Assembly: GCA_016748015.1 (NCBI GenBank)
Contig: JAAOMT010000494.1
Coordinates: 426,190 to 490,189 of the forward strand
DNA: 64,000 nucleotides
Direction of reading: 5' to 3'
Origin: Geosiphon pyriformis uo1
Lineage: Eukaryota > Fungi > Glomeromycota
In this document: one piece after another, positions 34,853 to 47,274 of the stretch
Position numbering within the stretch: the first letter of the stretch is position 1
Layout: each line of letters starts with the position of its first letter
The notes under the pieces: generated by a model
The model's database searches: none
What the model saw: the letters and a program-made list of their open reading frames with translations, nothing else
Told to the model about the DNA's origin: nothing
Program-made: the position numbers and the translations under genes

Positions 34853-37800
34853 ATTCAGTGGCATCAATTGCCGTAAGTTTATTATCGATCCAAACTTTCT
34901 TCTCTAACTATTATGAACAGGCCTCAAATCTTTTCCAGCCACATTTTGAATGGAGCAGTGGATCGATTTGAATTGTGGCAAATTGTTTTCTGTTTCTCTT
35001 TTCGGATTGAAACAGAATCTTTCACATGTATAGTCGTTCTCCCCCGATTGCCTTCGTGATCCATTTTTGTTTATTTCAAATATACAACGGGTTGAAAATT
35101 GTAAATTTTTTATTAGACTGAATCCCCTTGATTGAAATCCAAACCCTTGTTCAGTTGTTTGCCTGATATTAATTTGTTTTGTTTACCTATGCACCAGCAG
35201 TAGTATTATTATTTCAAAGGTATAGTCAAAAATTAAGATTTCCTATTATTTTTAAAAAATTTTGGCAATTCACTTGGTTCCATTTGTCCTTGTTTCTTGG
35301 TTAATACTGGCTACATCCTTAAGTAAAAATATTTTTTGAATAAGAATTTCAGCCAAATTGATGAATCAAAAAACTTTGAATCCATATCGTGCCGTTTTAC
35401 AATGGCTAAAAGAATTTTGGCTGTACTTTTGTATAATATTTTCCCCTGAAGCTAGCCCTTTTTTATCACATTATTGCATTCTTAAAAGGTCTCTAATACA
35501 CTCGAGACTGATTCTCGACTTCCTGCATCAATCCCCCACGAGGTCATTTTAGGCACGGACTCTATTTATTTGTACACACAATATTTGTGTTTCACATATA
35601 TTAGACGCTTGCAAATAAACTTCATAATTTAAATTTTGGGAATTTTCAAATTTTTGTTTGGAAAACAAAATTTAGAATTCCCGAAAATTGTTCACAAATG
35701 AAAAGTTCTCGGATTTTTTGACAAAAAGACTTATCGATATGAATTGATGAGCTCATATTTATTTATTTTCATTAAAATAATCTAGAATACGAATTCTATC
35801 AACCATCTATGTTTCCCACTATAATTAATTATTAATTGTAATTATCATTCTCTTTAACAAGAATCATATTTCAATATCTGAGATAATCAATTCAAAAGCT
35901 TTGAATTTTTCTCTTTGTAGTTGTGATATTCAAAACTTTTGTTATTGATTTCACTCTTAAAACTCTTTTTGTTTCTTTTTGTTTAAAAACCGAGGATTGC
36001 ATTTTCAATTAAGAAAACACTTATAAAGATAAGCTCCCATATACACTTTGTAATTGGCGCTGTAAAGATAAAATCACGTATTGTTTATTTTCTATTGTTG
36101 GTTCGCATTTTGCATTCTTTTGGTTTTTTTTTAAATTTGAGTTAACAGTGCTTGAACTTTTAATTATTGATTTAATCAAAGAAGTTATTTTAAAGTAATT
36201 TTTATTGTTTTCAATTTTAATTAGATTTTTATACCTTTTTTTTTGATAATGTAAGAATATAATTTAATTATTTGTTTTTTCTTAAATTAAAATATTTCAG
36301 TTATTATAATTGTATTTTAAATTTTATAATATAATTTGTCAAAAAATTTTGTTTGTTTTTAATGGTTTAAAGTATTATATATTGTGAGCATTTTAATTGA
36401 CTCTTTTTTGAAAAAACTTTTGTTTTATACTTGGGATATAATTTATCTATGTTTTAATATTTGGAACCAAAAATTGGCATGAAATTTTTATTACTATGGT
36501 AAATATTATATTATGATTTCATATAGTAATAGTGCTAAAACTTGAAATTTTTATTTTTTATTTTTTAAAAAAATGTGTTTTACGATATTTAAAAAGTTTT
36601 AACATTTTAAATGAATACAATTTATTAAAACAAAATTTTTTGTACAAATTATAATAAGACTAATAATTTTAAAATTAATTGACTACTAATTTTTTTATTA
36701 GCTTTAATAAAATAAGATCCAAGTATTATTTATTTATTTTAATTACAATTAAGATTAATTATAAAACATAACATATAGTTTTTATATATAATTAATTACT
36801 TAAAACAAAATTAAAACCAAAAATAATTTAAATTTTTATTATTAAGAACAAATTTAATTATTTAAAGTTTATATTAAATTTAATTTTAAAGTTAAATGAT
36901 TATCACAAAATAATTATATACTTGAATATATTATTATTTTATTAAAAGTCTTAATTTGAATTTTTTTAAAAAACAAATTTTTTAATTTTATAACAGGTTT
37001 ATTTTTAGTAATTAATAATAAAAAATCTGTATTATTAGAATATTAATAAGTTTAATTATTAATTTTACCAAGTAAATTAACTTTGGTCTTTAAATTTTAA
37101 AAAATTTAATTTAAATTCAAAGTAAAACAAATTAATTAATATAAAATAAGATTAAAAAAATAGTTTATAATAATTTTAAACACAAATAATAGCTTAAAAA
37201 ACACTTTTAATTAAATTTATAAATAGTACAATCAAAAAAATTAACCAATTCAGTTTTAAAAATATTATATAATAATTACTTTTTTTAATTTTGAATAAAA
37301 ATTTTTTAAAGTTTTTTAAAATACATAATATAAACCAGCAAATTTTAATAATTTAAATTAAATACTTAAAAACATTTTTAATATTATTAACAAAAATATT
37401 AAGTAAAATATTATAAAAAATTATAGTAACAAAAAAAATGTATTAATTATTACAAATTTTTTTTGAAAATAATTAAAAATAATTTTTGATATTAATATTA
37501 GTAACAATATTTAAAAATTATTTTTTTATAATTCGTAAAATTTGAAAAACAAAAAATTGTAAAAAAAATATTTAAAATAAAAACCAACTTAATATAAGTT
37601 TTATAAAAAAATAATTAAATTTTATTTAAAATACAAAAAATAAAGTCAAAATAAAACCAAAACTATATTATTAAATTTAAATTAAATTTTTTTTTAATTA
37701 TTTATTAAAAAATATACTATTTAAATACAAATTTAAAAAATAAAATAAAATAATTATTTAAAAAATTTATAAAAATAAAATATGAATAAATCTAAATAAA

Positions 37801-38436
37801 ATACTTTGTTTTAAGAACTATCTTAAAAAATTAGTTCAGTTAAGATTGAAAATTACAGAATTTTATTTAATTAGTTATTAAAAAACATAATACATAAAAA
37901 TTTTAATTAAGCAAAAAAGTAATAATAATGTATTTAACATAATTTTTATTCATTATTTAAATATGTAAAATAATAAAGTTGAGTAATTAAATAAAGAAAA
38001 TATATAAATAAAAAATGTGTAAATATTTAATATTTAATAAATTGTATTATTATGTTCTAATTAACTATCTTTATTACAAATATATATTTATGTTTTTTTA
38101 ATAATAAATTATAATATTTAAAAATTATTTTGTAAAAAACTTTAAAATAAAATATAAAATATAATTAAAAACTAAAATTGCTTACCAAAAAAATAAAAAA
38201 CATATAAATAAATTAGTTATTACATCAAAAAAATTAAATACTAAGTATTATTAACTAATATATTAAAATTTTGTTTATTATACAAAAAACTTTATTATTA
38301 TTTTTTTTAATTTATTTATTTAACGAATGAAGCCCAACTGCTACCTAGTACATAGAACCAAACTAAGTGGCTTAAACTAAATGCGATTCACATACTTTCT
38401 ACATGTAGCTAGCCACTTGGGCCAGACAAGACAACA

Positions 38437-41400
38437 CTATACACTTAAACTAACACACAGATTACCATCCAAACTGGAAAAAAAAGAACAAGGCCTGCGA
38501 TGGCCAAAACTTACAACAAAAGATTCTACAATGCCAAGCAACCTGATTACTCCATCCGAAAGTATAGAAGTCATGCAATACAACAGTCCTAACACCAAAC
38601 CATCATCACTAACCAAACCTGCCTTCTTTATGTCCACCCTAAATTTAGACCTAGCCAACCACACTTTAGATCAATGTAACTTAACCAAATACCTTACAAA
38701 GTCAACAATCACACCAGAAGCACACTTAACATCCTCAAAAATGCCAACAGCCTCTGCACACCAATCCTTAAGCACAAATTCTCTACACATGACTGAATAC
38801 AAGCCAACATCCGATCGGCAGAGATCAAGAATCCTCAAGACAGAGGAAGAAGACAAGTTACATGCACCAGCCATGGAAATCCAATGATCAGATGCCTTTG
38901 ACAGAATATCCTTCTGTACATAAACATTTCAAGAACAAGTAAAAATGTGGTTGGGCAACTCCACCTCATCACACAACAAACATTGAACACCAAGATAACA
39001 TTTATTGTACAATCTTTTGCGAATAGCCACTAGCAATCTTCTGTGTAGAGCCTTCATCAAGTATGTGTAAAGACTCGCTGATTTCCGGCTGGTAAATCCA
39101 GCAAGCATGTGCAAGTCAGAATGCCAGACCTGTGCAGAAATGTCCCAATCAAAACACTACAACGGAATAGCTGGAACCACATCATAACTCGGACCAGCCT
39201 CTCAATGAGCACGACAAACAGATCTAAAAATATCCCTGACAAAGTAATGAGCATTACCTGAAACTGCAGTACCCTCAGCCAACAGAAAACACTCACGAAC
39301 TCCAGCCGGCAAAAAAATGGAAGAGCCAGCAGTCTCACCAGCCAGTGCATCAGCTCAATTGTTGCCAGGAACTCCAGAATGATCTTTGACCTTAACCCAA
39401 CTCACAGCAAGATCCTTATCCCTAATCAAATTGGCAACATGTTTTCTCTCAATCCAACAATAATTGCAAAAGTCAGAGACAACAAAAGCCAATTCAGACA
39501 CACACGCATCAATGGCAGCTTGGCTGTCGAAATGCAAAACCACTAAACAGAAGGAAGGAACGCATTCCAGAGCAAGAGCCACAGCCTGCAATTCCGACAG
39601 AGTTGAAGATAAAAGCCCACATATACCAACACCAACTCCTGTATCCAAAGCAGAAAAATAAGCAGCAGCCCCACTAACCACACTGAAGAAGCCAGCTGAT
39701 TTTAATGAACTATCAGTATAAACATCCAAAAAGTCAGACCAAACTTCAAGCAGACTATCCTGCACAAAAGCAAACTGGTCAGAGTTCAAAACACTACAGT
39801 CCAAAAAACCACCAGCATTATCAGCAGTAGGCGGTGCCAAGCCCCTATCCAGCAAGAACTTATGTGTGATATTGAACCAATGAGGCACAGAGCCCCTGGA
39901 ATCAAGTCTCTTCCAATGATGAAAAGTCTTCTAATCCATTACAGCACCTTTTTTGTCAAGAAGTCTGTTACCAAAAGCAACTCCAAAATGCTTCAGAGAA
40001 CGAACACAACTAAGAAACAAGAACTTCCCTAAAATCACAGGCATAGGAAAAACACCAGGATCCCTAAAAGCACTAGGCAAAATGTTCACCAAAGACAACT
40101 CACAATCCAAAAAAATTCTGACCATACCAGCTAAAAAATTGTTTACAAGACTAACATGCAGCTTGACTGGAAACTGCAATGGGTTCAAGGGCATCCACCC
40201 AAGAACCTGCAAATCCAAGAAGCAATGGAGAAACAACTGACCAAGAATACCCGGAGCATTTGAAAAAGAAATCACAGCAGCCACCTTGCTTTCAGATTGT
40301 ATCTGATTGAAAGGCTTCAAGCCATAAAGAGAAGGATAATGCAAAGCTTTATTCGGGAAGTCACAAGGCAAGTAAGCCTTAGACCTAAGACCCTTTCTTA
40401 CCAAAATGTCCCACTTGTGACATACACCAGAGAAGACAAAACTAAACTGCATTCTGTAACTAATAATTGGCTGCAAAACAGCTGAGACCAAATAAGAAAA
40501 CTGCTTGTCCATGATGACTTTCCTGAGTACTATATTGGTAAAAAAACAGACATCCAAGTGCACCTTGGTTAAACTAGGTTTGGACAACCCTTCAGTTAAC
40601 AAAAAGATTCCCAGATACCTATAAGCCTCACCCTTTTTTGCTATAGAGATCGGGTGACCACTAATACTTAGTGAAGCAACCTTGACATCCTGATTAATTG
40701 GAATGACCACCGTCTTCTCATTATTAATTGAAATATCATTGATAGAAAAAAATTCACTAGCAATATTAAGAGCATACTGCGTAGAAGCCTGGCAATCTCC
40801 TACTCAAATTGTATTATTCACAAAAGCACCAGCAGCAAAAAAAGAGGACATCCCACCACTACTCTCGATTCTGCCAGTCTTTGTCACAAACTTAGTGTCA
40901 ATTCTGTATCCACACAAATGTTCATGCCATTTGACCTCACACAATAGCAGATTATAGAAGATTCTCCAAAGAAGGGGGGAGAAAACCTCACCTTGATCCA
41001 AACCATCGTGCACACAATAGCCATTCGACAGACTGAAATCTATCATGACTCTGTTAACCCTATCATTGTATATGCCATTGAAGAAACTAATGAACCTACT
41101 GCACATCTTGATGTGCTTTAAGCTTGCTTCCAAGTAGTACCACCCAACTGAGTTATATGCCTTATTCATATTCTGCAGCACCAACCAAAGTTCTCGATTC
41201 TTTTCCAAAGCATTCTCAACTACCGAGCTGACAGCAAACACTGGAGACTGGATAGACATACCCTTTAAAACAGAAAAATTATCATCATGCAGAACACCAA
41301 ACTTGCTACAAGCTGATAAAATCCTGTCAGAAAGAACCTTGGAGAGAATCTTCCTGGCAGTCTTGATTAGCACAATAGGCCGAATGTTCATAAGAACCCC

Positions 41401-43128
41401 ATCCCAGTCATAAGATTTCGAAATCATCAAAATCCACGCTCTCCTCTACAAAGTAGGCACACCCCCAACAACCAGACACGCATTCAACAGCTCCAGAAGA
41501 CAACCCAACACTGCATCACCATCATGTTTTCACAGCTCATTAGGAATGCCAGACAAGTCAGCAGTCTTGCCATCAAGCAGACCCCCAACAACTGAGAACA
41601 GCTCACCCAAACCGATTTCACGTATTACCCCAGAAAAAACATTATCTCATATATGATCCAAAGACACATACTGGTAGACCCAGAGTTCAGACACCACTGT
41701 AGACACCACCCGCTTTCTCGTCTATTCCATCATAATCTCGTCCACCTTAGACTTCACCTCCACAGGTTCTAGAACCAAGTCATCATCAACAACCAAATGA
41801 TCAAGAATCACCTTGCAAAAAGGCCGATCCAATACACTTCTTATCATGCCCCCTTTATTAGAAGCAAAGCTCTCCATGCGTCTTTTTACAGCTTCCCTAA
41901 TAGAAGCTTCCTTAGCCAACCTTGATTTAAACATCTTTGACTTCCTGTAATCTTTGTGACTTGATGACAGATACTTAAGAAGAACCATACTACTTACATC
42001 CAATCTAACTAAATCAGAGAACGCGCAAGCTTTGGCTTTATCCAAAGTAGACCATTTTTTTATGAGACAATCAACTTCAAGCACATCACCAGCACAAACC
42101 ACACCAACAATCTTGGCAATGAGTAACTCCAACCCAAAGAACTTTGAAGAATGCTTATTTCTAGAACATTGAAATTCACTAAACTATTGTCTGGAAAAAA
42201 TTCCATTAGCAGACTCAACCATCACTTTTCCTAAAATTGCCCATATGGTGTCCAAATCACCACCAGCTTTGGCATCAGAGAAGAGGTCTTTGATCAACAG
42301 AAGCTTAGCCGAAACACAATCCCTAAACTCAGACCACTTGGAAGCATCTGCGTCCTTGACCTTGAACTTCCAACAATCCTTGTTAGCTTGCTTGTGCAAA
42401 CTATTCAATTGAACATTCAAAAGTCCACCCAGATTAACTGACACCATGACAGCTTCATGGTCTGTATCAAAAAATTCTGAGACTGACCCAACCCAATGCT
42501 TAGCAACAGCAGAAGACAGATTCTCACTAACCAAAATATAATCAATAGTTTTTTTCATCCCTCTCAAGTTGCTCCACATAGAAGCCTTTGCCAATTGATG
42601 GCCAGCAAGCGAATTGACCAGACCAAAACCCAAGCAAAACCCATAACTTGCACTCCTTCCAGATTCATTTTCATTAAAATCTCCACCCAAGACAACAAAA
42701 TTGCTGGCATTAACAGTCTTAGCAATGAATGAATTAACCACAGACGCCTGCCCAAAACAAACACCCGGAGAGATGCCAGCATACAAACCAAGTACAGTCA
42801 CTGAAAGCTTGCCTTTGAACAAAAAACGCACCGAAATAACTCAACCAGGGACCTCTTCAATCTTAGAAACATGTCAAGCCAGTGAACTGTTCATAATAAT
42901 CACAACCCCAATACCAACAAAACCCTTATCCAATTCCAAAAAAAAAATTCACACTCCATCGAACTTATCTGCAATCCATGGCCTAGTAAAAGACCTTAAC
43001 TTTGTTTCTGTGACAAATAAGACCAAATTGCTAAAAACGCGATGCCAACATATAACATCCTCCTGCTTGGCAGAGACATTGATTTCACGAACATTACACA
43101 TAGCAAATTTCCAAACCAGACCGCTCAT
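38437..43128 (-). pseudogene. LINE copy 3 ORF2 (APE-RT-RNase H-zinc finger)
   Basis: MSGLVWKFAMCNVREIN, GGDFN, IDYIL, DTDH, QGEVFSPLLW, VYTDSSL, DSQAAID, KVKDHS, CLLCDEVELPNHIFTC. Confidence 0.92.
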
Positions 43129-45017
43129 TGAAATGAAAGCAGTAAAGAGGTATCCGAATCAGAACACAAGAGATCTAATCTCGTCAAAACAGAACCAACT
43201 GAAGCCTCCAGAGCTGACAATTTAGACTCCAAGCCACCCATTTTAGTGGTCAAAACCTTTGAACTACTTGAACTAAAACCTGCATCCAACTCAGCATTTG
43301 AGGAAGGGGAAGAGGGTGACATTAATATGCCATCTAAAACCATATCTGAGTCCAAAACAGGAGCCACAGGTACAGAGCCAACCAAAGAAGGAGTATCAAA
43401 ATATGGCATCATGGGCACCAATTCAACAAAACTCAGTTTTCTAAGAATGCCAGAAACCTGGTCAGCCAAAAATTCAAGAGAGTGCTCCAAAAATGCCAAC
43501 CGAGCACCCAAGGGAGACTTGTCAATTGGGGAGGAGGGAGCACCACCAACCAAACCCGAAGCACCTGACAAAGAAGGGCCAAAACCAAAACCAGAGCCAG
43601 AGGAAGAGCCACCAGCAGAGGAAGCAAGAGAGACCACCTGAGCCCAAGATTTGCCACCAAAGACAGTAGGGTGAGAGATAGAAACATTCTTCTTTACATA
43701 TAACTTGGCTAAATGAAAGTGATCTGCACTGAAAACATATTTTCCTTTTTTTTTCAAAGCAATAGAAAGTGTAGAAACAGAAACATCAGACACATCGCAT
43801 TCCAAGGCTAAGTATCCAAATCTCCCACATTTTTTACACCAAACCAAGCCTAACCTAGCCCAAGAAAATCTCACACTGCCAAAAATCGGTTCTGTGCAAA
43901 AAGCAGCTTTTAGCTTCTCCTCAGAATCAAAACCAACCACAGCACAGCAAACCCTATTGCCCATTTCAAATGACTGATTGATAATGCAAGTTTTCCCATC
44001 AGCCTCTCTTAATAGATTGCCAAGATTATGAGCCATTGTTCCTACCAGCAAAGTAAACAACAGTGCTCTGAACTGATCTCTAGAAGCCCAAGTCTTGTGA
44101 TCTCTCACAGCCATAGCTACACACACCAAATCTTTCCCAATTAGGAATGACCACTTAGAAGCCAAATGCACTGCCTGTTCTGATTTGGCAAACTTAACCA
44201 CAGCCTTCTGCCATAGCCCAACCAGTTGTATGCAGATCGACTTATTTTCTCCAAATTTGGCTACTGTGGTAATGATCATGTCCTTAGGCATATTCATGAG
44301 AATTTCCTTGATTATTACGGCCCAATCTGAGTGAACTTCTTGTCTTTTGAGATTGCTGTTTACGATAATCCCCTTCTTCCTAGCCAATAATACAGCTCTT
44401 TCCATGCTTCCTTCTGATGTGAATGTGGATCTGATGATTCCTTCAAATTTTGAGGGAGTAGTGGCCCTCCCAAAACCATTAATTTCTGAAAATAATTTTC
44501 TTATGACCTGAGTTTTGGCCATTGCTGATTTCCCTTCTACAGCTGAAAGATCGATGTCCAAAGTGAAAAATTTTTTCACAGACATCTCAACCTGAGTTTT
44601 AACAATTTTAGGATCAATCCACTTTTTATCCAGAGGGATAGACACACGAAGGGAAAGCACAATTTCATTATTACTTATAGTAAAGTCAGGAGAGCCAAGT
44701 AGAGATCCAAATATTGTGCCAGTATTAACACGTTTTGCCTTAGAAGTGGTTGCAGCTGAATCTAAAAGAGACCCTCTATGTACACCTGTTATGCCAACAT
44801 CCTTATCATCACCAAACAGACTATCCACATCAGAGTACACACTATCACCAGGCCCAGATTTACTTAAAGAGATATCTCTCTCATCACCAGAGTGTTTAAT
44901 ATTGTCAAGAACCACTCTTTTTTTCTGAGCAAAAAAACCACCAGCAGGACTATAGAAAGCACTTTTGGGCACCTTTTTTTTTGACATATCACTGCTCGAA
45001 GCAGTCTTCAAATCCAT
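43125..45017 (-). CDS. LINE ORF1 protein, 630 aa, frame still open (knuckle degenerate: CKKCGRFGYLALEC)
   Basis: Uninterrupted ORF upstream of ORF2; homologous to copy 2 ORF1; likely coiled-coil C-terminus. Confidence 0.85.
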   Translation of the reverse strand: MDLKTASSSDMSKKKVPKSAFYSPAGGFFAQKKRVVLDNIKHSGDERDISLSKSGPGDSVYSDVDSLFGDDKDVGITGVHRGSLLDSAATTSKAKRVNTGTIFGSLLGSPDFTISNNEIVLSLRVSIPLDKKWIDPKIVKTQVEMSVKKFFTLDIDLSAVEGKSAMAKTQVIRKLFSEINGFGRATTPSKFEGIIRSTFTSEGSMERAVLLARKKGIIVNSNLKRQEVHSDWAVIIKEILMNMPKDMIITTVAKFGENKSICIQLVGLWQKAVVKFAKSEQAVHLASKWSFLIGKDLVCVAMAVRDHKTWASRDQFRALLFTLLVGTMAHNLGNLLREADGKTCIINQSFEMGNRVCCAVVGFDSEEKLKAAFCTEPIFGSVRFSWARLGLVWCKKCGRFGYLALECDVSDVSVSTLSIALKKKGKYVFSADHFHLAKLYVKKNVSISHPTVFGGKSWAQVVSLASSAGGSSSGSGFGFGPSLSGASGLVGGAPSSPIDKSPLGARLAFLEHSLEFLADQVSGILRKLSFVELVPMMPYFDTPSLVGSVPVAPVLDSDMVLDGILMSPSSPSSNAELDAGFSSSSSKVLTTKMGGLESKLSALEASVGSVLTRLDLLCSDSDTSLLLSFQ

Positions 45018-45908
45018 AACGAAAGGGTTATTGTTTAAGGAAATGTTGAAAGAAAACTAACAAGAAAAAATAAAAAAACTTCTTTTTCAGAAAATGTGCT
45101 TTTTGAGGATTTTTGGAGATAAGAGAGAAAGAAGTTTTTCCCAATTTTTTATTATTTAAATCTTTTAAAAATTTTTAAATTAAAATACTAAAAATAATTT
45201 TATTTATTTATATTTTTAATTATTATAACTATTTCCCAAAATATTTGATAATTATTCTAAAAATTAATATTAACTCTAAAAATACTATTTAAATTATTTA
45301 TAACTATTACTAAAAAACATATTAATTATATTTAAACAAAATCAGTTATAACTTTAATCACAAATTCATAAAATTATTATTCTTATAAAAGAAACACAAA
45401 AAATTACTCTGAAATTTACTTATCAAAACTTTTAAAACAAGCTTTAAAAAAATTAATGTTCACATTTATTGATATTTTACCAAATACTACAATTTAACAA
45501 AAACTTTAACAGTATTTTAATAAATAAAACAATAAATATTCTTTAATTTATAGATATTTTTATATTAAAAAACCATTTTATAAAAAAAGATTAAAGCTTA
45601 AAACAACAAATTTTACAATTAAAGCTATTTAGAAACAATTTTACAATAAATTTAAGATAATAATTAGATTAATAAATATTTATTATAAATTTAAAACAGC
45701 TTTTAGATTTTATAATCTATTTTATATTTGTGAAAACATTTTATAAAACCAAATTTTATAATTTTTAAAGATTTAATATATTAAAAAACTTACAAAATTA
45801 AAATTTTAATAATTTTCAGACCAAATTTTTTCAATAATTTTCAATTATTATTTCAAAATTACAGATAGTATTTGGACTTTAATAAAGCTTAGTTTTAAGA
45901 AAAAATTA

Positions 45909-46886
45909 TGTTATTAGCTAAAATTTAAGATATTAATTAACCTAAAATTATCTTTATAATTTTTATTATTAACTAGTATATATTATTATTTTAATTTATT
46001 ACTTATTATCTTATTAAATTATCTGAATTATTATTTAATTAATAATTTAATTTGTACAAAACACAAATATAACCAAATTGTAATGATAGAATTATGCAAT
46101 ATGTCAAATTATAGAACATTTAAAATTTGCTGAAATATTTAGTAATTTGACAAAATAATTTATAGTTTATAAAAATAATTTGTAATTTAACAAAATGTAT
46201 CTTTAGTTTACTAAAATATTAGGAAAAAAACGTGTTAAATTATAGAATAATATTATAATAAGTTGTATAAAAAAAGAGCTTTTTTCTTTAAAAATATTTA
46301 TTTTTAATTTAGAATTATCTTTTATCAAATATCTTTTTTTAGAATAATTTTTTTTACAAATCAATTTCAATAAAACTTATTTGGAAAACATAAAATTTTT
46401 TAATTATTATTGCTTTAAAATTAATTATTTTATATTAATATTTTGAAATTAATTAACTATTAATTTTAGTAATTATTAATAATTTTTAGGCTTAAATTTG
46501 AAATAACTTTTTTAACCTATTTTTATTTTTTTTAGTTTATTTTATTTTATTTTTTATTTTTATTATTATTAAATAATTTACAATTAAGATTTTCTGTAAA
46601 AAAATTGATTTTTATTGCAAAGTAACTACATATTATTTTAAAAAACTTACAAATAAAATTTTTTTATTAAAGAATTGACTTTTATTATAAAGTAACTATA
46701 CAAATAATTGGTATAAAATTGACTATTTTATTATAAACTCAATAGTATATATAGTTCAAAATATAGAAAAATATTTTAGAAAAAGAATTAATTTATCAAA
46801 AATTTATTAACTTTTAGCAATAGTAAAATTAACAACAAAACAATATTAATAATATTAAAAAAAATGTAAAAAAATTTCTAATAACA
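45909..46886 (+). repeat. Heavily AT-eroded solo LTR of family B
   Basis: TGTTATTAG...TTTCTAATAACA versus TGTTACCAG...CTCTGGTAACA. Internal landmarks retained (TTGTACA..ACACAAAT, GTTGTATAAAA..AGAGCTT, GCAAAGTAACTACA). Flanks ATTA/ATAA. Confidence 0.8.
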
Positions 46887-47274
46887 ATAATTACTTGCCA
46901 ATGACTATTGTTTAAATTCAATATAAAAAACTATTTATTTCTACCAAATAAATTAAACAATTTTTAAATTAATAATATTAAATAGTTATTATTATAAATA
47001 ATACTATTAAGTTTGTAATAGTTTACACAAAATTGTATTTTGCTATTTTATTTAGATTAATATTACTAATAATAATTATAAACTTATAAATAATTGAATT
47101 AATTTACTGTTGTTATAAATAGATTTTTTGAATAAATATTGGTAATTTCTGTAATTTGGTGTTTAAATTAAGTAAAATGTATTTTAAAAAATTTTTAAAG
47201 ATTTTATATTAAAGTTTTTTATATAATAGAGAGAAATTTATTTGATAGTAGTTGATAATAACTTTAATGATTTT

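Larger units (their letters stand above)
38291..45135 (-). mobile_element. Full-length LINE copy 3 (~6.8 kb)
   Basis: Same organisation as copy 2; open ORF1; ORF2 with stops; conserved 3' UTR and A/TAA tail. Ends approximate. Confidence 0.94.

Noticed and set aside
38280-45160. Target-site duplications of the full-length LINEs
   Set aside because: Flanks are low-complexity A/T, so candidate matches are indistinguishable from chance.
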